Source: Lobosporangium transversale (Eukaryota). Taken from it: DNA of 64,000 nucleotides. The translations under genes were made by a program, and so were the position numbers. Location: contig NW_019029002.1 in assembly GCF_002105155.1 (NCBI RefSeq), forward strand, positions 124,001 through 188,000, written 5' to 3'. How positions within the stretch are numbered: position 1 is the stretch's first letter; every line of letters begins with the position of its first letter. This document shows, piece after piece, positions 22,724-36,932 of the stretch. A model generated the notes under the pieces. That model had not been told where the DNA came from. It saw nothing but the letters and a program-made list of their open reading frames with translations, and ran no database searches.

Positions 22724-22922
22724 ATGTCGTCCATCCTCAAGAAGGCTGTTGTCGTCTCCATTCCATCTGTCCGCCAGACTCTTCTTCGCTCCAACCCTGT
22801 CGTGGCCACTTCGCTCCTTGCAAAGCGTGCTTACAACAGCAAGGGTGTCGAGGTAAAAAAAAAAAAAAAAGACTATTTACTCTTAATATCTTTTCTACGA
22901 CTTTTTTCGCGTCGATCTGCCT

Positions 22923-22959
<37 letters not shown>

Positions 22960-24522
22960 TTTATTATTACTCTTGCACCTTGTAAAAAGATATCTCAACT
23001 TCCAGAAGAAAAAACAAAGAAAGAGGGAAAAAGTGGGCATTTTGCATATTTACGCGTTATCTGAATGCACGACTTGAATCAGGATAAATATATATATATA
23101 TAAAATGCCACATATTTTTAATACCCAACAAATTCCTTCCGCTCTCGCAAGCATTTGTAGAAGGAGCGATTAAAAACAAAAAAAAATCATTGGATCAAAA
23201 GGAGAGCTTCTCTTTTCTATATTGTATCAAACGTCCATTGAAGTCCCGATCAAAAGCCATATTGTAGTTTTGATTTTTATTAACCGCATCTTTTTATTAC
23301 CAACTTAGATGACCGTTCGTGATGCCCTGAACTCGGCTTTAGAGGAGGAGATGATTGCTGATGAGAAAGTCTACTTGATGGGTGAGGAGGTTGGCCAATA
23401 CAATGGTGCATACAAGGTAAAGGAGGTTGTATCCTTCATTTCAGCAATGGATCGGGATGAAGATCAGGAAAACAGGGACTAACATAAAAAACAAAAACAA
23501 AATAATATATTTTATTTATCGCTAGGTGTCCAAGGGTCTGTTGGATAAGTTTGGTCCCAAGCGTGTCATTGATACGCCTATCACAGAGTCCGGATTCTGC
23601 GGTCTCGCTGTCGGATCCGCATTTGCTGGATTGAAGCCCGTTTGCGAATTCATGACTTGGAACTTTGCAATGCAGGCTATCGATCAGATTGTCAACTCTG
23701 CTGCCAAGACCCATTACATGTCTGCTGGTAATGTTACTTGTCCCATCACCTTCCGCGGTCCCAACGGTGCTGCTGCTGGTGTTGCTGCCCAGCATTCACA
23801 GTGCTTTGCTGCCTGGTACGGATCTGTCCCTGGTCTCAAGGTCGTCTCGCCCTGGAACTCGGAGGATGCCAAGGGTTTGTTGAAGGTGAATATATTTTCA
23901 ATTGGATGAACTTTTTCTCCTTTTTTTTTTTTTTTTTTTTTTTTTCTCAAACATATACTAAATGATAAATCTTATTCTTCTTAACTTGTAGGCTGCTATT
24001 CGTGATCCTAACCCCGTTGTAGTCTTGGAAAACGAACTCATGTATGGTGTATCATTCCCCATGTCCGAGGCCGCTTTGTCCAATGACTTTGTGCTGGAGA
24101 TTGGCAAGGCCAAGGTTGAGAAGGAGGGATCAGACATTACTATTGTTGCACACTCTCGCGCAGTTGGATTCGCACTTGAGGCGGCTCAGGTCTTGGAGAA
24201 GGAAGGTATCTGCAAAGCCGAGGTGATCAACTTGCGTTCCATTCGTCCACTTGACATTGACACCATCATCAAGTCGGTCAAGAAGACCAACCGTTTGGTC
24301 ACTGTCGAGGGTGGCTGGCCCCAATATGGTGTTGGATCAGAGATCTGCGCACAAATTATGGAAAGCGAAGCCTTTGACCACTTGGATGCCCCTGTTGTTC
24401 GTGTCACCGGCGCTGATGTCCCTACTCCCTACGCTCAGAACTTGGAGACATTTGCATTCCCTGACACTGAAGTCATTGCTCGTGTTGTCAAGCGTACTCT
24501 CCATAAGAAGATTGGCGCTTAA
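22724..24522 (+). CDS. PDB1: Pyruvate dehydrogenase E1 beta subunit, mitochondrial
   Basis: Four exons; presequence, [67 protein letters not shown]. Confidence 0.97.
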
Positions 24523-24823
24523 AGAAATCTGTAGCTTCATATAATTATCTTCATCATTATTATTATCATTTCTTTTGGTTTGCTATTTTCTACACATCCA
24601 TCTATCCATCTCTCTTTCATCATTGTAAAATCACACGAGTTCAGTTCTCATTTGACCCATTTTTATCTGCAAGAAAACTTGTAGTCTGCATCTTTGCAAT
24701 CATCTATTAAAAAAAGCTCATTTCATAAATTGGTGGCAACCTAATAGAAAAAGGTTTTATTGATCGTAGTCACAGTACGATCTCTCTCTATTTTTTTTTT
24801 TAACAATTTCCCAGACTCTCTTG

Positions 24824-26899
24824 ATGATGAACTCTAGCTCATTTCGTCAATGTCATAAACACATGGCCACAGCTTCTCATCACCGCATTCTGCAGGGTGC
24901 ATTCTCGAGATGTTCAAACAATCGATTTCTCAGGTTTACGTACACTCTTAGATCGTTCACCTCATCCTCGTCTGCCACACCCGACGCCACAACTGCATTC
25001 CTTGCAAAACATCCTGCATTACCCACAGCCACGATCCCAAAACGTGGTCTAACGCTCTCAAAATTGGGGTTTGGCGCATACAGAGTGAATGATACTCAAC
25101 CGGCTCACCGCGCTGCATTGGTCAAGGCGATCCATGCGGGTGTTAATGTGATTGATACAAGCTCACATTTTGGCTATGGTAAAGATGTCTCTTTGTTTAT
25201 ACTTTCGTCTATTTAAAAAAAAAAAGAAAAGAAAAAAAAAATTAACAAAATGATCAACAGGAGCATCAGAAACATTTGTTGGAAGCACACTTCAAGAGCT
25301 GTTCAAGGAAGGAACGATTAAGCGCGAGGTAATTAATAAAAATAAAAGGAACAACCTCGCGACAGGCAATTAGGTTTCTACGGATATGGTTACTCATTTG
25401 GATCTTTTTTTTTTAAAAAAAAGGAAGTGGTCATTGTATCCAAAGCCGGTTTTATTTTATCACCTACAACAACACTCCAACCGGAAATATTGTCAGGAAT
25501 CCCTTCATATGCCAAGATTTCAGAGACTTCATATCATTCCATTCATCCATCCTTTCTCAAGGCTCAACTCACTGCATCTTTACAACGTCTTCAACTGGAA
25601 AAGATAGACATCTTTATGATCAATAACCCTGAACGCATGTTGGGTAATAAGACTGGAGGATACAATAAGACGCGTCTGTACAAGGAAATTGCCGAAGCAT
25701 TTGCCTACCTTGATCAGGAAGTTCAACAGGGCAGAATTGGAGGCTATGGAATGTGCTCAAATGCTTTGCACTTGCCCACGACAGAGGACCATCTGTCTTT
25801 GAAGGCCATTATCAAGACCAGAATGGACTTTGGATGGAGCTTGGACAACTTTGTGGCTCTTCAGGCACCCCTCAATCTCTTTGAACGAGAACTGGTCACA
25901 GATGTTTTCCCATCAAAGTCTTTAGCCAGAGAAGCTAAGGTATCAGGAGATTTTTATTCATTTTATGGAGTCTCCTTTTTGGAACGGAAAGGAGGGAAAA
26001 AAACCTAACACGAATTCATTTTTTTTCCCCTTCTTTTTTTGTATTTTTCTTTGATGATAAAGGAATTCAATATTTTCGTATTCACAAATCGACCCTTGAA
26101 CGCAATTGCAGGTGGGCAGATTGTAACATTGGAAAATAAAGGTCTACACAACCGGCAGGAGACATCTGCACGATTATTGGACACGCTAGATCAGAGTTTC
26201 ACAACACTTGCAGAGATGGAGTTAGATATTAAGGAAATACTTGATGATGAGTCCATGGCCCTGAAATTTGTCTGGAGCGAAATCCTCTCCGAGAACTTAT
26301 CGCGACTATGCTCAAATTACTTTGCCGCAAAGCATTTTTTGGAACGAGAGGTCCTTCCAGCGATCAACCGAGATCTCAAAGCATTACAGGAGAGCGTAGT
26401 TAAAGGAAAAAATAGCAGCAGCAGCAGTAGTAGTAATAACTGCAATCACTCTCGCAAGCTTCACGATAATAATCAAAGTGGTGACGATGTTGACGATAAA
26501 GATAGTGATAATGATCTTGTTGATAAGGACGCTGTTCTATCGTGGATCGATCGCTATCGAAGCGAAGCCAAGTCGCTCACCAAGAAGATTGCTGCATTTT
26601 GTCAATTGGATTCGGACAAGCGCAACGACGAGCTTAATCTAGTACTGGGCCTGATTTGCCGAGAGTTCGTTTCGGATGTGAGTCCCAACAAGGTGGAGAA
26701 TATTGGATCACCACTCTCAACAAAATCAATTCAATACTGTATTGCCAACCCTAATGTCGGATGCACTCTAGTAGGGATGAGGACACCCGAGTATGTACAT
26801 GACGCCGTTGCTTCAGCAGAGGCTAGCGAACGGTTGACCAAAAAGGATTTGGAATTGATTGCACAATGCCCACTTCTATTAGCAACCACTCATGAGTAA
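24824..26899 (+). CDS. Aldo/keto reductase family protein with a possible mitochondrial presequence
   Basis: Four exons; LSKLGFGAYR, GVNVIDTSSHFGYGASE, VIVSKAG, SLQRLQLEKIDIFMINNPE, TNRPL, LVGMRTPEYV. Confidence 0.85.
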
Positions 26900-27078
26900 A
26901 TCAGCTTCAGATATAATATTAGAAATGATAACAGTAATAATAAATATAATAGATGTAAATATTGTCAAAAAGAAAACGTCTATAAAGTATTGTATATATA
27001 CTAGTAAAGATATGCTCGCTTGCAGCAAATCTTAACCCCCTCTCCTTCCGTAGGCTAGTCAAACAATCCCCATTCTGT

Positions 27079-27369
27079 TTACTTTCCATAACGTTGCTCG
27101 CACTTGGCAAAACGATGCAACGCCTGCAAGAACAGGGTATAGTGTGGGATAACGGCCTGATCCGGGTGATGGCTAGCGAATTTAAACAAACATTTACAAT
27201 ATCTAAGATTAGAATGGACGTTGCAGAAGATCATTAAAAAAAAATTAAAATGTATATAAAAAAGGATCTCTTACAATATTTCTGTGAGACGAATATGCCA
27301 GGGGGGTAGCTGCTCAGATCTAACTCATCCTTGTAGATGATCAACAGATCTGGTTCGGAAAGATCAGCT

Positions 27370-27402
<33 letters not shown>

Positions 27403-28187
27403 GAAAATATACATAAAGTAAATTATAATCAGCAACTTTACTTCACCATCAGTCAATTTGATCCACACAACGTTAAATAGTTTGCTCTTTTAGTTGTAGT
27501 ATCTTACCAGATAGTTGCTGGTCCATAAATTCCGCTGTGATGTCCTTGCTCTGGATTTCTTTCTGAAGAGCTGCCTCGCCCAAAACTCTCACACTAGAAG
27601 CAAGTCGATCATGTCCATCGTTCTCTGCAAGAATCACCACATCCAAATCTATCAGCAATATGAAGTTGAATAATAATTTGAACAGTTAATTTAGGCTTCG
27701 TATCCGATCCTCTCTTGCATATACAAGGAGGTTTTTTTTAGAGTATATGATATACAGGTGTGATATGTTGATCTCATGCTGTCATGTGCCCTTACCGACA
27801 GTGCGTCCATGAAGCCTTATTTGTCTTTCTTCTTGTGTTTCTACTTTGGCAGCGTCCCTATATTCTATTGCGATTTTGAGGTTATCTTCGACACGGTTCA
27901 AGGTTCTGACACGAGCTACAGGAATAGTCTTTTCTTCTCTAAAAAAGTCTTCCAATGAATCATCAATACGCTCTTGCAACAGGTTCAGCCATTGCTTTGG
28001 TAGCGCTAGAAGGAATATATATATATATATAAAAGCCATTAGAACGGATCAAAGAAATTAAAGTAATAAAACAAAAGCAAGAATACACATCCGGATCGGA
28101 CAAGCGTTGAGAGCGAAAAAGCGTCAGCATTTGTCCGTATCGTACGCTGCTTTCTCATGTGTTTGTAAAGTTGGACGCATAAGATTT

Positions 28188-28226
<39 letters not shown>

Positions 28227-28457
28227 CGCGCTCATCAGAGCCCGTCATAGAAGAAAGCTCATGGCATGCCCAATGCATGGAACAAGAGAAGAGTTATGGG
28301 AGAAATAGATTGGAGGAATGGTATGCAAGATGAAATTTTTCCCAGTCAGCCGGTGGAAGGGAGAAAGAGACACCAAAACCTGGTCGTTTAGGCATTCTTT
28401 TGCTTTGCTTTGCTTTGCTTTGCTTTGCTTTGCTTTGCTTTGCTTTGCTTTGCTTTG

Positions 28458-28489
<32 letters not shown>

Positions 28490-29138
28490 CGTAGACTTTT
28501 CTATTTAATTTTGCTTGCAATTGTATAGAACGCCTGGATTTATGTGTATACTTACGATCAGTCCTCATGATTGATAGGCACTCGATATCGCAAGCCAGAG
28601 ACCATTGAACCAATTGCGCAACCTCGGCATGCCATTCTTCCTCTTGTTCTTCAGAGGTCGTGGTCGAGTCTTGGGGCAAGATCACGGCTAAATGTTTTGG
28701 CTTTTTAGCCAAGTCCGTGCCCAAATCCTTCCTCAGCACTCGGGCCACCTCAGGAGCCGCAGGGAATTGAAAAGGCATGAAAAACACTTGAAAATATGTC
28801 TTCATGGTCTTGGCACTGAGCAGAAGCTCCAAGCCAACGTGAAAGACTGCAAAGGGTAAAAAGTAGACTGGTTTCATCAATAGACTCACCAGTCGGCTCG
28901 CCAAGGATGGTTTTACAATGGTCAATGCTTTGGAGGTAGAAGAATAAGCAGAAGTGACTTTGGTCGTCTCGGTTGAAGAGGTTAGCGGCACCATTGGCTT
29001 GATAGCAGGGTGCTCTTTTATGAGCTCTTCAGGTGCCTTTGTCTTGTATTGCCTTGTAGTCTTCCTGGACACATCGTCGCCCGCGGATGAGGCCTGTCGT
29101 TGCCGCAAGGGTGTTGGTGCATAGACTTGTGAAGACAT
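27079..29138 (-). CDS. NUS1: Dehydrodolichyl diphosphate synthase complex subunit NUS1 (NgBR)
   Basis: KKPKHLAVIL, VQWSLACDI, SEPDLLII, YPPWHIRLTEI and the C-terminal CEQRYGK* (RxG) signature; multi-exon. Confidence 0.9.
28398..28460. repeat. (TTTGC)n microsatellite, about 12 copies, merging into a poly-T run in a NUS1 intron
   Basis: Seen directly. Confidence 0.9.
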
Positions 29139-29661
29139 CTTGAATGAAATAGAATTGAAATTTGGTAATTGACAAAGAAATGTGACAAATGACAGAAATG
29201 AAAGAAGAGAGGAGAAAGAGAAAAAGAAAAGGGAGGAAGAGAGCTGATGGGACCGAAAGGATGAATCGTTTAAAAAAAGCAAATGCAAATAAAGTCAAGG
29301 GTGGTACAGAAAAACCAACAATAACCCGCTGCTTTTGATTTTTCCTCCAGTTTAGAGTTTTATTCCTGTGCTTGAATGAACATTAACATGTGTCGTATAA
29401 ATAAGTACTGCATACATTGGCTCTGTTCCTGTGTTGACTGAGTTTTTTTTTCCTTCTGTACCGTCGGTGGCTACTTTTGTTTATATTCCTACGACTGGAT
29501 CTATTAGCATCATTGGGGCATGTGGCAATTGATATGCATACAGCTTCCTCAATCTCACTGCTCTTTCGAGTGAATATAGCCAAAGATCCTACCATCTGAT
29601 CGCGCCATTATCTCTTCTATCTCCTCCCTCTCAATCCATCTGACTCCATCCTTTTTCTTTT

Positions 29662-29700
<39 letters not shown>

Positions 29701-29955
29701 AAACAAATAAAATAAGCATTACATGGTTTCTCTACAAAAAAAAAAAAAAAAAAAAAAAAAAAAGAATACATTCTATGAAAATGATGAAAAATGTGTACAA
29801 GTGGAGCGAGTTGCAGAAGCAACAGTATCTGGAGTAAATAACAAAAACAAAATGAATAATATATAGAGGGTAGAAGTCCAAAGATGCAAAATTGGATGCT
29901 ATTATACAAGGTGGGGACTCTTTGCTCTCCCCTTCTCGCCTCATAATTAATAGAA

Positions 29956-31899
29956 TTAGTAACCAATGCCACCTCCCGCACCGCGGTAGGCACCTCTTGT
30001 CGGCGCTCCGTCCTGCCGGCGAGGATTTGGCTGGTATTCGTTCCCATTTCCATATCCACCATTACGAGCATATCGTGCATTGCCATATCCCGGGACTGCT
30101 GCTACGTTGCTGGCACCTGCACCACCTGCACCATGGCCATGTCCCATCTGACTGCTATGGTGGCTGCCACTATGACGACTATCAAGCTCGGACCCATGTT
30201 GGGATCCATGCTGGGATTGGATGGGCGATGTAGGCCTTTGCTGTCCATATTCATCGTACCGTCGAGCTCTTGAAGGTGTCTGATTGCCGTATGGGACGGT
30301 TCGGGTGTTTGCTTTGTAATAATTGGACGCCATACCTACATTTGACTGAGAATAGCCTTGATTCGCCTGTCCCTGTTGCAAGCGCTGTTGATCCGTATCA
30401 GCCACATAGTGACTGTAGATATCGTCAGTTGCGAAAGCTGACTCCGCATAAGGGTCGAGTACGTTATTTTGGCTTCTAGGCGTTGGTGTCGTAGATCCTG
30501 TTGACATTGGCTTAGACTGGAGATAGTCGTAACCACCACGCTGTCCTTGCTGCTTTTGTTGCTGTTGTTGCTGGCGATGGATTTGCTGTTGTTGTTGTGG
30601 AGGGATATTGTTATTGTAGGCTGCAGCGGGTGAATATGCATATTCCTGGTGTGGAAGTTTAGGCGTTGAATAGTTGCTGTAGGCACTCTTTGGTGTTTGT
30701 GGTGTGTATTGAGTCGGAGCTTTCTGAGAATATGCTGATCTAGGTGTACTCACAGGTACGGTTGGTACCTCAGGCAGATCCACCTGAGGGAGAGTCGGTT
30801 GCTTCATGTTAACAAGTGCAGTCTCCTTATTCGCACCTTCTGCCGCCCTTGTCTTGGATTTTTTGCGGATCAATTCATCAATTCTGATTAAATACCAAAA
30901 ACAAAAAAAAGACGTTTAGATTTGTGCTGCCAAAAAAAATAAAATAAAAATAGATTACTTCGATTTCATAAACTAACCGTTTATCAATTTTGTGGCAACA
31001 GAACTCCTTGAGATTGCCCTGAATATGGCTGACCAGTGGGATATATAAGATGACAGCACTGATGAGCATTAATAGTGACATCGCAAACATAAAGACAGTG
31101 AAGATCATGGCGCCTAGAGTAAGCTTTTTGAAGATCAGACGTTCGTCACTACCGACTACAGCGTTCCAATCAAAGATGCCACCCTTTTGGAACGACAGTT
31201 CGTGATCACGGAATGTTTGGTACAGAATTGTAGCATTGATGACCTGTCGTGGTGCATCTGCCAGTATCAATCGCTTCCAGTCTGTGCGAAGCAAATGAAA
31301 ACAAGAATAAATTCAAGAATTGTTAGAGTCTAGAAAAGGTATTGTAGGAGTCGTTCTATAAACAAATGTCACTATCCATTATTGTTATATTCTAATTGCA
31401 GACACTTACTTCGAAAGGTGAAGAAGCAAAAAAAGGCAACTTCATCAACCGTTTTTTTGGAGTTATTAATCTGAGCAAAGAGGCAAAAATGTGGATAGGA
31501 TCGGACTGTGTAATAACGACTTGCAATCAGGGACGTGAATGCATACGAGATGTCTCTGGAGCGAATGATAGCTCTGGCTCTCCGAACCTCCAGACCTAAG
31601 AGCAAGAAACCGAGAAGGATGCATCCTGTGAACAAATACTTGTAAACATCGTAGGGTAGTCTGCCAAAGACCTCCAAGTCAACTCCTGCCTTTGGAACAA
31701 ACGAATTATCATTTGAGTTGGCAAGCAAATTGGCGGCAGTAAAGATATCGGAACAATAAACAAGGATGCCGCGAATGATGGCTGCAAAGACAAGCAAATA
31801 GGTGAACTGGCGCCAGCACGAGTTATCTACAAAGTCATCGACATTGATAAAGTCAAACTTGTGATCCTGCACAACCTCACGCTTCCATTGTGCACCCAT
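29956..31899 (-). CDS. KCH1: Kch1/Kch2(Prm6)-family fungal potassium transporter-like membrane protein
   Basis: WKREVVQDHKFDFINVDDF, YCSDIFTAANLL, FCLFAQIN, ADAPRQVINA, GNLKEFCCHKIDKR, then a low-complexity Q/Y/G tail; three exons. Confidence 0.85.
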
Positions 31900-32660
31900 G
31901 GCAGTTTATGTGAGTTTGGTCTGTGTGTACGGATGTAAGAGGAGTAAGAGATACTATAGGAAAGTAAAGTAAGCAAAGAGAGCCCTGAGGTTAAATGGGG
32001 TACTTTGTGTTACTCGGCTGTGCTGGTGCAGTCAATGAGCAAGGAAAATGAGCGCAGTCGTAAGAAAGGATTGATCACTCACATGCTCTGAATAATCAAC
32101 GTAAGCAACTCAAAGCCAGCTGACAGTAATGAGAAGAGCAGAGAGGAAAAGAAAGGGAGAGTGTGTGTATATGTCACTGATGACAGAGCATATGCAATCA
32201 CAAGACTCTGATGGTGACTTTTGGCAACAAAAGACCAAAGAGGTAAATAGGTTCAGGCACGGCCAACAGTTTCAGTTGTAGCTGCAGGGATGAAAGGGGT
32301 CAACTGGTGATGAACGATATTCTTAAAAAGAAGGTGCCCAGATGGGACCAAAAGATGATAAAGATGGTAGGCCGAGGGAAGAGGGGTTTCAGTTCCGGAT
32401 GTGAGTAAGAATAATAAGGCTTTTTTTTTTTGCAAATTTTCCAGGGGTTTAAGAAATATGAGTGGCTGATTTGTGGCAGTATTATTAAAAAGTGAGACAG
32501 GCAATAAGGAAAGAAGAGTCAAGTATGAATGTATGAATGAGAATCAACGAATGGACGAATGAATAAGTGAAAGTGATTAGGAATACTAAACGACGGAGTA
32601 GATGAGTGGGGGTGGGAGTGAGAGTAAGTGAGGGTGAAAAGGTGAGGCAAAGAAGAGGAG

Positions 32661-32705
32661 AGGAGTGTAGAGGAGTGTAGAGGAGTGTAGAGGAGTGTAG
32701 AGTAG
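32661..32705. repeat. Tandem 10-mer (AGGAGTGTAG)x4
   Basis: Seen directly, upstream of the KCH gene. Confidence 0.85.
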
Positions 32706-33112
32706 AGGTGAGGGGGAATGAAAAAGACCAAAAGGAAAATAAAAAGAAATTTTGATGCAAAGACCTTTCCATCCCACCAGTCATATCGCCACTCAACAAA
32801 CTAATCAGCATCCCGGCAAGGCATTTTTTCCTTACTCGAGAATGCAGACTATTGATTATTGTGTGACAGCGAACGTTTTAGTGCATAGAATACAGCTTGT
32901 GGGCGCTTACATGTGTAGACCATGTGTTGGCCCGATCATTAAAAAATAAATTAGGACATGAATAAGATGAACTTGGGCAAAAAGGCTAGACTGGAAGCAC
33001 CCTCATTCAATCATCCTTGTCAATGTTATATATATATTTCAAATGGTTTGATGCGTTAACAATGATAATGCTTTATATGATTAATATGATTACATTCATT
33101 GAAGTTTGGTTC

Positions 33113-35750
33113 CTAACTTTGTTGGGTTGAGGGTGCCTCTGTGGATGCACCGGCATTACTACCAACACTTGACCCAGCTTTTGGTACTTTTGGTACTTTT
33201 GGTACTTTTGCAGCTTTTGCAGTCTTTGCTTTCTTCTTGTCTTCAATCTTTTGCACTCTCTTGTGATCCTTCTCTTTCAATGCAATTTCAATTAAGTCTT
33301 CGCAGCGTTTCTTGCGTTTGCTCGCATCACTTTCAATTCCACCCTGCATCACAGCTGGGAAACGTTGACTAGTTTTTGTTAAACAAATTGTGTCAGCTGT
33401 GGGATATGCATGCATGTGTGCGTGGGCCTCCTGTAAAGCCCCACTAATGATTCGTTTCAAACCCTCCTTTTTTTTTTTTTTTTTTTTTTTAAGTATAGTT
33501 TACCTCAGCCACAGATAGAGCATGATGATACGATGAGTTGTTTCAAGATGCTTCAGCTCCATCAACTTATCGTCTTTCTTAGCTTTTTCTTTTGGCAAAT
33601 TTGCAACCTCGTCAATTGTCAAAGGCCTGCCTGTACTGACAGCTCGCGCCATCTTTTGAGCAGCAGCGACGACAAAAATGTCGCGTGTTTGGATAGGAGC
33701 AGACGTAAATGGTATCCGTATGCGCACTGGTAAATTTATATGATCCAAGACTTCTGCTGATTGCTTAAGGGTGTGAATTCAAAAAAGCAAATGGGTCAAT
33801 CAGACTGTAGTGAAATTGTGGCCAAGACAATAGCAAATATGCATGTCAAAGGGTTGATCTCGAGAGAGACAAATGCTTGCAGAAAGGCAATGGAAGTTGG
33901 TAAGGAATGTAAATAGAGGCTACTTACAATCATGTTTTTGAGCAGTGATGGGAAGAACAGCCTCGAATTCAAGCTCATCATTTCAAACATCTTGAGGACA
34001 TGGGAGAAGGGAGCACCTGGCATCTGAACAGAAAACTCCTCAATTTTTTCAGGAAGTGGTTGGATCCCTGCACGCTGAAAATTAAAAAGGAAACAATGTA
34101 AACAAATAAATCTGAAGCATTCCCCTACCCCTGCATAATAAAATTTTAAAAATCTCCATACCGGAATTTCAATCATCGGGGTGGCTAATGCTCTTTTGAG
34201 AATTGGGATATCGCTCTGGAGCAGCGTGGTTGCCTTTCCAATAGCATATTCCGTTCCAAATCGGCCTGCTCGCCCTGCAATCTGTTTGATCTGAGTCAAG
34301 CTCAGCTGCCGTACGTTCTGACCATCAAACTTTTCGAGAGCCTCAAAAATAATCCTCCGGATATTTCTAAGGAGATTTAAAACAAAACAAAACAAAAAAA
34401 AAAAAAAAAAAAAAAAAAAATTATGGACACACGCTGACGCAATATTGGAAAAAGTCCAAAACTTTAAGGGAAACACGTACAGATTCAGTCCCATGCCAAT
34501 AGCATCACTGGCTACAAGAACATCATATCCACTTGTAGGGTCATTAAAAAGCTTTGCTTGAGCTGAACGACTCTCTGGCGGTAAACCACCATAGGCAACA
34601 GCACATCGAAGCCCTGTCTCTGCTTCGATGGCCTGTTTGAGCATAAAGATGTTCTTTCTCGAGAATGTCACAACGCAATCGCCTTTTTGAACTTTCTTCA
34701 GATTTCCTCGGAGACTTTCGTCCTGCACTTCTAGTTTGCTTAATCGATCATATCGGTTGACAATTACTTCCTCATTGGTTAACTTGCAAATATTCTCTAC
34801 CAACTTCACTACTGTAGGCTCGCCGCACAGATGGATTTCCTTTGCGGGCAAACCCAATAGGGCAGCAGTCCATGCCCAACCTCTTTCTGGATCCGCCAGC
34901 ATTTGAATCTCGTCAATGACTGCAACATCTATCCTTCTCTCAAAGCTCACCATCTCAACTGTGCATGAGGTGACCTTAGCAGCATAAGGCATAGGCTCCC
35001 CCTTTTCATTATAAACTCCATACCGCCGTTCTTCCCCTGTCACCAAGTTGCAGGGAGTTCCCGATGCATTCATTCGATCAAAGATCTCATGCGCTAGTAG
35101 TCGCAGTGGTGATAGATAGGCGCCACTTTCTGCTTCTCGTAGTTTGATCAGTGCATTGTGTGTTTTCCCAGAATTGGTGGGTCCAACATGCATTATAATT
35201 TTCCTATTGTGGATCCAAAGTGTTTAATTCTTTTCAATCAATCATAACGATGCACTTTAAAAAAAAGGAAAAACAAAAAGGCTCGGTCTGCTTTTTACCT
35301 CTTCAATAACCTTGCACGTGGAGTCCATTCAGCTGGGTGTCGAAGATCTGCAATTTCTCGCATCCGAGAGAGCCGTGATTGTGTTTCTAATGGAAGCATG
35401 CCCTCACTCTCGACGAAAAAAGCGTGCCACAGTGCTTTGTCTAGTTTGCTAGCGATGGCCTCCTCTCTTGTCACTCCCATGGTTCTGAATGTCATACCAA
35501 CTTCCAATGAATCCTTAGCCATAATACCAATCATCTTCTTGTTTACAGCTGCAATTTCGCCATCAATAGCCTTTTCACTAAATTTGATGATCAGCTCTTT
35601 AGCTTTATCTCTAGGCGTCCCCAGTGATTCCAGTAACCCCTGCATTCCATGAGGAAGTATAAACCTTTCGAGTGCTTTTTTCAGTGCTGAAAAAAAAAAA
35701 AAAAAAAAAAAAAACAATGCACTGATATTTTAGCAAACCAAAACGTATCA

Positions 35751-35782
<32 letters not shown>

Positions 35783-36102
35783 CCTGCTTGTTCCCAATGC
35801 GGATTGAATTCCAATCCGCCGAATGGTCTCCCTCTGCTTTCCAATGCACTCCTATACTGTGGTCTCGGGGAGAAATCTGTCGGATCGCGGGGGAGCCGCG
35901 AGGATTTGGCCACATGACGGAAACGACAAAAGATAATAGCAGGAGGCCTTGCTTTAATTCTGGTATTGAGCGGGTAAAGGCCATTAATGGCACAACACCG
36001 TGATAAAGAAGGTGAAGCCGAGACATTTGCATGGCCTGTAGGCGTAATGAGTGTGCGCCCAACGCAGTGGCGGAGATTCGCTGACGCAGTTATGGGTAGC
36101 AT
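33113..36102 (-). CDS. SUV3: Mitochondrial ATP-dependent RNA helicase SUV3
   Basis: HVGPTNSGKT, PLRLLAHE, DEIQM, GDCVVTFSR, ASDAIGMGLN, QIAGRAGR, LYLWL; multi-exon. The start ATG at 36102 is inferred. Confidence 0.95.
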
Positions 36103-36932
36103 CGCAATAAAAAGTTCGAATGGAGAGAGATGCAAGAGCCACAGGAAGCGATCAAGCCCACTGAACAAAAGCACTGTTTATTCTACCATTTATAGGTTGC
36201 AAGAACAGTCACTTGCGCCACCAATTGTTGAATCTGGGCTTTTATCAATTCGTTTATTAACATATACGCGTCCTTCTGCTACTGTTGCCCTTGTCATCTG
36301 TAGTTGCATTCGATCAAAATAGTACAATAGCTCCGTAGCTCTCATCCTTTCTCCTTTCTTTTTTATCGGTAAAGTAGCTACGAAACGTGAGATGCTAAAC
36401 CCACTCATGCTATGCCTTTAATAATTTTTGTGTCTTAAAGGGAAGCCAATTACTCAGCATTGAGAATTTGAACAAGATCACTTGCACAGCCTCACCGGTC
36501 CTAACGCCTTGTATAATGGACATGTATTTCAATTGTATCAATTCTTGAATAGAGAGTAGATCGAAACTACAGCGTGAGAAAATTTTCCTCAACAAACCTT
36601 AAATCGTTACGGTTCCATGGTCGTGGAGCTCTAGGTTTTGAATTTTGACTCAGCGAGAATTAATCTCAAGAATCTGACGATCTTTCCATGTAATTGACGG
36701 GCGACCCGGAAATATGTGCAAGCGTAAAGTTCCTTGTTGTGATTCTACAGTATGGGTAGGATGGTTCCACAGTTTGGATTGCTCACATTGCGCAAGTGGA
36801 GAAGTAGAGATGGGCTATCTATGCGCCCAAATTGCCTGTCACATGCTCGATCCTCCTCTACCTTTCTCTTTTCTGCTCTTTTTTTTTTTTTTTCTTGTAC
36901 ATTCGTTCTCTTTATTTGAAAAGTAAAACATC

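Noticed and set aside
33178..33210. 9-bp tandem repeat TTTTGGTAC
   Set aside because: Simply encodes the KVPKVPKVP low-complexity tail of SUV3.
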